64,000 bases of DNA, taken from Octopus vulgaris. Lineage: Eukaryota. The notes under the pieces were generated by a model, which searched no databases, was not told the origin of the DNA, and saw nothing but the letters and a program-made list of their open reading frames with translations. Below, in pieces: positions 55,125 through 64,000 of this stretch; positions within the stretch are counted from its first letter, which is position 1; each line of letters starts with the position of its first letter. The stretch covers positions 65,038,001 through 65,102,000 of the forward strand of contig OX597827.1 of assembly GCA_951406725.2 (NCBI GenBank), given 5' to 3'. The translations under genes were made by a program, and so were the position numbers.

Positions 55125-55560
55125 AGTACATCAACAACCATCTACGCCTGTGAAATCTGGATGAAGACAACGAAAGTCTCTCAGTTGTTGGATGTGTTCC
55201 ATCGACGACGTATACCTTAAATCCTGGGCATCCCTTAGCGGGACAGGGTGAGAAACAAAGTTGTGATGAGAAGTTCTGGCATGGAAAGTTTGCGGGACAT
55301 GGTGACCAAGGGGCAGATTCAGTCTACTGGCCATGTGCTTCGATTACAGCACGAGATGGAGTAGACGTGGCGAAGTGGACGCCTGAAGTGAGGGAACAAA
55401 CCAGAAGAAAACCAAGAAAGATGTGGCGCAATATGTTACGGAACAATATGATAGGGATGGGGGTTGTCCAAAGGAGCCAGTCAAAGGGCGCGCAATCGAG
55501 ATCTATGGAAAAAGCTACTCACCTGTTGTGCCCACAAGTTGAGCTAAGTAACTGGAAGAA
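55125..55560 (+). pseudogene. RTE-clade LINE ORF C-terminal relic
   Basis: TIYACEIWMKT..LDVFHRR..ILGI..DRVRNKVVMR..GHVLRL..WTPE..RRKPRKMW..RDLWKKL. Confidence 0.85.
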
Positions 55561-55968
55561 GGGAAAATGATGATCCTTATTCAAGTGCAATAAGCTGCCC
55601 ATTTTACGTATTGAATGCACCATGCTATAATTCGAAGCCTAACACACTGGTCATTACATTTATTATAATCGTTAGAGAGCTTAATGTGACAATGCTTAGC
55701 TCTTGGGTCAGAGATATTGTCCATACGATGGTATTCTGTATTGTTTTATCAACATGCTTTCACTTATAAAACTTCAACCGATGTGACGCTGCGTCAGACG
55801 ATGCTGACACAAAGTGCTGCGTAAAAAGTATCCGACGTTGAACTTCTTGCTTGCGACTATTTTAATCCTATGGACAAGCGCTCTTCTATAATCGACATAA
55901 TCTTGTGTGACCATCCACCGGAGAGGCACTATAAATCATTGCACTGATTTTGTTTTTTGTCTGCATAT

Positions 55969-56430
55969 AGGTGCAGGTATGGTTGTTTGATAAAAAGGTG
56001 GCTTGCCCACCACGTGGTTCGGGCTTTTAGTTCCATTGCGTGGTACTTTCAGCAAATATTTTCCACTATAGCCTCGGGCTATCCGAAGTCTTGTGAGTGG
56101 ATTTGATAGACGGAAACTGAATGATGATATATAAGCATGTATATATATATATATATATTTATATTATATATATATATATATGTACTTGTGTACAAGTGTG
56201 TGTGTGTGTGTGTGTTGTGTATTTGTCTCTGAATTTGTACCCCACCACCGCTTCAGAACCGGTATTTGTGATTATGTAAATTAGCCTTCGGGAAAAGGTA
56301 CCGATAGAATAAATAGAAAGCTTTAAAAAAATGTCCCGGGGTCGATTCATTCGGCAAGGAATTTTTTCAAAGCAATGCTCTAGCATGGCCGCAGACTCAT
56401 GACTGAAACAAGTAAAAGCTAAAAGCTAAA
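55969..56430 (+). mobile_element. SINE family A (older copy)
   Basis: aggtgcaggtatggttg..tgtgagtggatttgatagacggaaactg..gcatggccgcag..gactgaaacaagtaaaagct. Confidence 0.85.
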
Positions 56431-57046
56431 AACACTATAAACTATATGACTTAGTGGTCATCTCCCCATGTTTTCTAGCTACATGTCCCACAAGAGAAAG
56501 CCTGCGGTGACAGCTCCATGGCTAATGGCAGCCAAATTATATGTATGAAAATTGAATTTTTTTAATAACATATACCAAAAATGAGAGAACTCTAGAGACT
56601 TCAAGATCTATTTAAAAGGTGCCGAAGTGATGAAAGTTCTGTAAACACGAAACATGTTTTCATAATCCTGAGGGATATTTGATGGGAAAAATAACTGTTA
56701 AATATTAAAGAGCGAGAAAAGTGTTCACCGGAAATGGAAAGCTACGAAGTTGCAGACAACTTGATAAGGTTTCTAAATATTGAAACCGTTAAAATAATAG
56801 AGAAAAGAATAATAACAAGTGAAAATAAATTGAATATAGTGTCTGAAATAGACAACGGCAAATAACTCTTAAAATAAAAAGTAGAAACCTACAAAAAAAA
56901 AAAATGAATGAAACGGAAAAACATTCAAATAATAACTAAAATATACTAACAATAGATACCAAACTAACTCCTCAGATAATAGAACAACTATATGTATATG
57001 TGTGTGTATGTGTGTGTGCGTGTGTTTGTGTGTGTATGCATATATA

Positions 57047-57096
<50 letters not shown>

Positions 57097-57358
57097 TTTT
57101 TATATGTGTATTTATATGCATGTATATATACATATATTATTCAAAGGAATTCCAACTCTGTTTCTTATGTTTTATTTATATTTTTTATAATATTAATGTA
57201 GAATATAGAATATATAGTATAAATAATATATATATTAAAATGAAATGAAGTATTGATTGTCTTATTGAATAGATGAAATATTGAATATCAAATATTAAGG
57301 GACTAGTATACTTTCTTGCATTTAAGCAGTCTTCAAGGTCCCAGGTTGTGACATATAC

Positions 57359-57549
<191 letters not shown>

Positions 57550-57810
57550 GTGGCTGTGTGTGGCTCTGTGTGTGTGTGCCTGAAAAATATGACTTCGAAG
57601 TCTCAAACAGTATACGCAGTAGTTCTCCGAAGCGTAATCGGCTGTCAGAAAAGAAATAAAAAGGAGAAAGAAAAGAAAGGAAATAAAACAGTAGTTGATT
57701 TTAAGTCATAAATTAACATTAACATCTTTCCGAAAATCTGAGGATTACAAATTTGGAGCACATAGAATAATTAAACACCTGCCCTTTATTTTGGTAATTT
57801 TTCTTATTAT

Positions 57811-58310
57811 TGACACTGGGGTAAAATATACGAAGCCCAGTATACCCATCACGACTATTCGTCTGATAAGGGTGCTCTAGGCACATGCATCACAACCATA
57901 TGTGCGCTACTTGGTGATCTCATATCAAGATAAACAGCGCATGACGTTGCAGGTGGAGCCCAGCTAGAATTTTCTTCTGGTCGAGTAGCCCATCGCGCTC
58001 AAAAGGTCCCTGAATGACGGTTGTATAAGGATGTTGAACGAACCACCCTTGTTTCCAAAGGTGAATTATCAAAACCCCAAATAATTCCTCCACTACTTCT
58101 GCTCGTGATCAGAGATGCACATTGTCAGCCATTAAGGGACATGCTCAACTGGTTAAATTCAAACAACTGACAAGCTGATCTGTGGTATTGAACAGAATAT
58201 TTGCTGTAGCCCATCTTTTATACCAAGACAAAACAATGAATATTGTTAACACTTCCAATCAGTTAAGATCAGAAGCCACGAGAGCCATTGCCTGGTACTG
58301 CATCAGAGCA
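57811..58310. mobile_element. ~560-bp element, copy 1 (end-truncated, small internal deletion)
   Basis: Near-identical to 58371-58927; followed by (CAT)n(ATT)n. Confidence 0.85.
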
Positions 58311-58370
58311 CATCATCATCATCATCATCATCATAATCATCATCATCATCATCATTATTATTATTATTAT

Positions 58371-58925
58371 TGAGTGAGAGAGCAGTTCATGCCATCAAAG
58401 TGACACTGGGGTAAAATATACGAAGCCCAATATACCCATCATGACTACCCGTCTGATAAAGGTACACCAGGCACATGCATCACAACCATATGTGCGCGAC
58501 ATGGTGAGCTCATATCAAGATAAACAGCACATGACCTTGCAGGTGGGGCCCAGTTTGAATTTTCTTCAGGTTGAGTAGCCCATCCCGCTCAAACGGTCCC
58601 CGAATAAGGGTTGTTTAAGGATGTTGAAAGAACCACCCATGTTTCCAGAGGTGAACTATTCAAACCCCAAAGCATCCCTCTCAACACATGGCTATGATGC
58701 TCCCCCACTACTTCTGCTCGTGATCAGAGATGCACATATCGTCAGCCACTAAGGGACATGCTCAACTGGTTACGGTCAAACAACTGACAAGCAAATCTGT
58801 GGTATTGAGCAGAATATTTGCTGTAGCCCATCTTTTATACCAAGACAAAACAATGTACATGATAACACTTCCAATCAGTTAAGATCAGAAGCCATGAGAG
58901 CCACTGCCTGGTACTGCATCAGGGC

Positions 58926-58927
<2 letters not shown>
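58371..58927. mobile_element. ~560-bp element, copy 2, embedded in (ATT)n
   Basis: tgagtgagagagcag...gcctggtactgcatcagggca with (ATT)n on both sides. Confidence 0.85.
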
Positions 58928-58994
<67 letters not shown>

Positions 58995-59044
58995 CATTAT
59001 TATTATCATTATCATTATTATCATTATTATCATTATTATCATCA

Positions 59045-59142
<98 letters not shown>
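58928..59142. repeat. (ATT/ATC)n trinucleotide array
   Basis: Direct inspection. Confidence 0.97.
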
Positions 59143-59143
<1 letters not shown>

Positions 59144-59394
59144 TATGTTTGACTTTTGCTTTATGTTTGTACAAGTTGGCTCCAAGTCTCACCCAGAGAC
59201 CTCAAGAGACAACAGGTTGGAAGTTCTGTGCCATATATTTGGTTTTTCTTTTTTTTGTGTTGTACTAGTGAATGTCTAATACATAAAAAAAATAAAAATT
59301 AAAAAAAAAAAAAAATAAATAAATAAAAGTTTGTTTTAAACCTTGGGATTACATAGAGAGTATTTTGCGTAGGATATGAGCAGTTCCCATGAAC
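59143..59394 (-). mobile_element. 5'-truncated Dong/R4-like element (ORF end plus 3'UTR) in (TAA)n
   Basis: rc MGTAHILRKILSM* (RLE C-terminal GT.ILR motif), then UTR ending agtcaaacatagaa(taa)n; (TAA)n on both sides. Confidence 0.8.
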
Positions 59395-59435
<41 letters not shown>

Positions 59436-59436
<1 letters not shown>

Positions 59437-59545
59437 GCGAGTGAGCTAGCAGAATCGTTAACAAGGCGGACATGATGGTTTGTAGTGTTTCTTCTCACTA
59501 CGCGCTCTCAGTTCATATGCCACCAAGGTCAACATTCGCCTCTCA
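59436..59545 (+). mobile_element. Degenerate SINE family B, 5' part
   Basis: gtgagctagcagaatcgtta..tcagttcatatgccaccaaggtcaac. Confidence 0.6.
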
Positions 59546-59611
59546 AATTTGGTATACATGTGCCAAAATGAAAAAAACAGACAACAGTAACAGCAGAAAT
59601 AAATAATTATA

Positions 59612-59681
59612 TCTTATTTTCTTATTTTTCTTATTTTTCCAGTTTCAGCTTATGAGCTGTGGCCATGCTGGGGCACCGCCA
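59612..59681 (-). mobile_element. Isolated LINE/SINE 3' tail
   Basis: rc ggcggtgccccagcatggccacagctcataagctgaaactgg(aaaaataag)n. Confidence 0.65.
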
Positions 59682-59705
59682 TATGCATATAAATACATAC
59701 AGACA

Positions 59706-59754
<49 letters not shown>

Positions 59755-59770
59755 ATATAAATATCGAAAT

Positions 59771-59812
<42 letters not shown>

Positions 59813-60140
59813 GAAAATTTTCCAAAATACTTATTTCTAAAAATAACATCATCCAAACATAACAACAATATTGGAAATCTCAGGGTTTTGTCTGAGAAAG
59901 GAGAAAATAATTTTAAAAAACGGAAATAGGATTTTAAAACTGAGCAAACGGTTTCCTAGAGGAGCCGTTGTCAGAATGTCTGTGTTAGGATATGTTGTTG
60001 AAAATTGATTAAAAGGGATTTAAACACTGAAATAAAAACTAATTGTCTGAATCATCAAAGATGAACAGACATGTTTCGCCAAGTTTCTGTATTAAATTTA
60101 TCAGAAGCGTTTCATACCAGTCATAATGACGCGTACTCCC

Positions 60141-60181
<41 letters not shown>

Positions 60182-60967
60182 TATATATATAGATATATAT
60201 ATATATATATATGTATATATGAGTCAATGCTTCGTTATATATAAATATGCATGTATGTATGTATGTATAGAACTATATATATACACATATATGTATGTAT
60301 AGGTCTCTCTATATATATATGTGTGTGTGTATACATATATATATATAGATATATATATGTCTATATATATATATATATACCGACAAAAGTGTTTGTGAGT
60401 GTGCGAAACAGAGATATAGAGGGCGAGGTTTAGAATACTACCATTCGCTTGTAAGACCAATCTGTATATTTTTCTCAATATCTTTATACATAGATACATC
60501 GAGGTTAAACATCGGTGTCCGGAGCGTAGGTCATTGATGAAAAATATTGAAGACTATGAATAGAACGTTTTGTTTCAAATGAAGAAATATAAATAAAACA
60601 CTATAAGTATTGCTAGATGCAGGCACGACAGTCTCGGTAATATCCATGCTTTCAAAACTATGTAGGCTTGTGTTCATGCCACTGTGCGGCATCTTGGACT
60701 TCTAATCTTGCGTCGCTCCATCTAAAGCCAAGTGAATGGATATCGTATACGAAAATGAAAGGAGGTGGTCGCATATACATACTTACATACATAGATAAAT
60801 TCATTAATACATATATACATGAATACATACGTACATATATACATACATATGCGTGCGTGCGAATGCGTATATTTGCGCGCATTAGTTTTTATATTTGTCT
60901 CCCACGACCCTTTCACAATCGATGTCAGTGTTTGCCTGTTTATGTCACCATAACTTAACGGTTAGGC

Positions 60968-61224
60968 GATAGAGCAGTTGTATACTGTCAACTTAATGTG
61001 ACAGTCCCATAAAGGGAATCCCACCACTACTACTTATCCCTAGGAAGCATCAACGCTACCTGTCGGCCTTGATGGGAATGCTTGTCCCCCCTTGTCAGCA
61101 TAAAGACACAGAAAATGTGACAAGGCCGACAGGAAGCGTTGATGCTTCCTAAGGCTATATAGCCGTGGTGTGATTCCGTTTATGGGACTGTCTCTTTAAG
61201 TTGACAGTATACAACTGCCCTATC
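60968..61224. mobile_element. Fold-back MITE with ~104-bp arms
   Basis: 60968-61071 vs rc of 61121-61224 (gggcagttgtatactgtcaactta..ggaagcatcaacgct..cctgtcggccttg). Confidence 0.88.
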
Positions 61225-61278
61225 TTACCACCACTGCTTATATCTCTCTGAGACATTAAGAAATGAAATATTTCTATT

Positions 61279-61322
<44 letters not shown>

Positions 61323-61328
61323 TTGATT

Positions 61329-61620
61329 CGCCATCATAGATCGCTGGCCACTACACGTTCTTAATTTTCTCTCCTGGTTTCTTTCTGCTTTCCTTTATGT
61401 GGAAGAGCATATGCTCAAAACGTTAATGACTTTTTCACTTATATATAGTGAAAATATCCAAAACAAAATAAAAATTAAAAAGAAGACGGGCGTGTAAACA
61501 ACAATCATCACTGCCTGATGTTTGACACTCAGGAAGTGAGAAAGTCTTTTACGTTTCGAGCCTACGCTCTTCGACAGAAAGGAACACAGAAATAAACAGG
61601 GAGAGAAAATAGAAGAATTT
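61329..61620. mobile_element. Two family-H2 hammerhead elements tail-to-tail (+ 61329-61440; - 61450-61620)
   Basis: + atgtggaagagcatatgctcaaaacgttaa; - ctttCTGTCGAagagcgtaggctcGAAAcgTAaaag. Confidence 0.78.
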
Positions 61621-62103
61621 ATATATACGAAAGTTCTGGGGGCGATTTTCTCCGACTAAAACCCTTCTTAGTAGTGCTCCAAGAGTGCCGCACTCAAATG
61701 ACTGATAAAATCAAGAAGAATATATGTACTCATATATTCAGCTATTATTATACCACCGTTCTCAGGCAGCTCACACAATGATATCGTTTCACAATATCCA
61801 TGCGTTCTTCAATAAATAACAATGTAAAACACTATACTTGCATCATAAAATGAATAAAGAATACATACAACTACAGTCTACAAGAAATACAATAAAAAAA
61901 AATTAATATAAAGACATTAGTTAAATTATACAAGACAAACGCAATCGGAAGTCCTAGAAATTACATGTACACACATTCATAAATGCATATGTGTATTTAA
62001 GTATCTATATATGCACGCATGTACTCGCGCGTGGGTGTGTATTTATATATATATGTGTGAGTGGGTGTGTATGTATGTAGGTATGTAGGTATGTATATGT
62101 ATA

Positions 62104-62333
62104 AGGCGGTGAGCAGGCAGAAACGTTAGCACGCCGGGCGAATTGCGCAGCCGTATTTCGTCTGCCGCTACGTTCTGAGTTCAAATTCCGCCGAGGTCGA
62201 CTTTGCCTTTCATCCTTTCGGGGTCGATAAATTAAGTACCAGTTACGCACTGGGGTCGATGTAATCGACTTAATACCTATGTCTGTCCTTGTTTGTCCCT
62301 TCTATGTTTAGCCCCTTGTGGGTAATAAAGAAA
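62104..62333 (+). mobile_element. SINE family B, full length, 18-bp TSD
   Basis: TSD taggtatgtatatgtata at 62086-62103 and 62334-62351. Confidence 0.95.
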
Positions 62334-62613
62334 TAGGTATGTATATGTATAGGTATATGTACATGAAATATATTGTGTCGAAATCTGATAATATTGTGTT
62401 AAAACCAATAGAGAAGGTGTTTTGTGCAAACTGTTCACTGCGCAGTGGTAAAACCTCTGTTGCTTTAGTTTCATAGTCATAGTATGTCAAATCTGAATTC
62501 TGCCATAATATTGTTCTCCTTCTATTATGCTTCTATCATTAATTAATGTTTCTATCATTAATTAATGCTTCTATCATTAATTGTTATATTTTAATTTTAT
62601 ATTTCCTCTCCAG

Positions 62614-62947
<334 letters not shown>

Positions 62948-63744
62948 GTGAGTTTCTTTATCTCTTAATCTACCGAGAGAATGAACTGTGGGCGCTGGTG
63001 GATTTGAACATAGGATGTAGAGAAAAGATTCAGTCACCAGCATCAAACTTTCGAATGCCTTAATCTCTGAGTCACGTGCCATCATGGTGGCATTGAAAGA
63101 AAACATGAACACTGAACACTCTCATTCCAGATTCGAAATTACCTCAACTAAACTAATGTTGACTCCTATGGTGCTGAACCATAAAAGAAATTATGAGAGA
63201 GTGTTGCTAATTCTCATTTTATTATAACAAATTTAATATGCAATCTAACATACATTGAGTGCAATATTTGACAGTTGTAGAGAGACAGAGAGTTCGGCGT
63301 ATTTTCGAAGCATTGAAGCATAACATAAACGCTCTCAATCCATACTTCAAATTTTATCATAATTACGCTAGATTGAATTCAAATTTATGCCTCCAATTTC
63401 CTTCGGTTGTCCTGAAGTACGTCAGCACAGTCAATACAGCAATATTCCCAATATTCCTTCAAAGTCATTCCTTTGTGAATTAAAAATGACAGCTGTGTTT
63501 AAAATCACAGCTACCCACCGGGTAATTAGACTGAAGAGGGGGACGACGTGGATCCACGTCAACACATCGCTAATATTCTCAGTTGATAGATTAGTCGCTG
63601 TTATTAGGTTTGTACAAGATCTACACAAAAACACACTGCACATCCGTTGATTGTTTCGAATCCTCATCATTGTTGCTATTATCATGATTGTCCTGCGGCA
63701 ATCCAGTACATTGGTTTGCAAAATGTTTCGTAGCAAAATGCTTG

Positions 63745-64000
63745 GAGCTGCCAGCATCGTTCGGCAAAATGCTTTGCAATATTTCTTCTGTATTTACGTT
63801 CTGAGTTCATATTCCACCGGGGTCATTCTTCCTTTCTGTAGTCGATAGATTAAGTATCAGTCATGCACTGTGGCCGCTTAACTGACTAGCTCCCTCCTTG
63901 AAAAAGCCAGGCCTTGTGCCTATTTACGTTCTGAGTTCATATTCCACCGGGGTCATTCTTCCTTTCTGTAGCCGATAGATTAAGTATCAGTCATGCACTG
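63745..64000 (+). mobile_element. Degenerate SINE family B with a 130-bp tandem duplication
   Basis: tatttacgttctgagttcatattcc... unit 63791-63920 repeats from 63921 to the window end. Confidence 0.8.

Noticed and set aside
58871-58927. Faint resemblance to U2 snRNA segments (atcagttaagatc; cctggtactgca)
   Set aside because: Short patches only; no branch-point recognition or Sm site
63531-63560. ctgaaga followed by the 16-bp palindrome gacgtggatccacgtc, as a hammerhead
   Set aside because: No GAAA, helix II or helix I; an isolated palindrome of unknown meaning

Overview
Eukaryotic, AT-rich, microsatellite-saturated non-coding DNA (large intron or gene desert). The SINE families and (TA)n/(CA)n/(TATC)n density are most consistent with an octopod cephalopod such as Octopus (inference). 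No intact protein-coding gene is supported: almost all ORFs in the track are translated microsatellites or degraded transposon sequence. Recognisable content: about 35 tRNA-derived SINE copies in 3-4 families, several with clear TSDs; decayed Dong/R4-type and other RLE-type LINEs; RTE and CR1/L2-group LINE 3' ends; mariner (DD34D-type) and maT (DD37D) transposase relics; MITE and Helentron-like palindromes. The most notable signal is about ten dispersed short elements, most abutting (TA)n, that carry minimal type I hammerhead-ribozyme motifs of the Penelope/retrozyme kind. These fall into at least four sequence families, and one family appears to share a non-canonical CUGUNGA core. Different retroelements also appear to occupy different microsatellite types ((TA)n, (TAA)n, (CATA)n). 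Two plus-strand candidate exons are flagged at low confidence.
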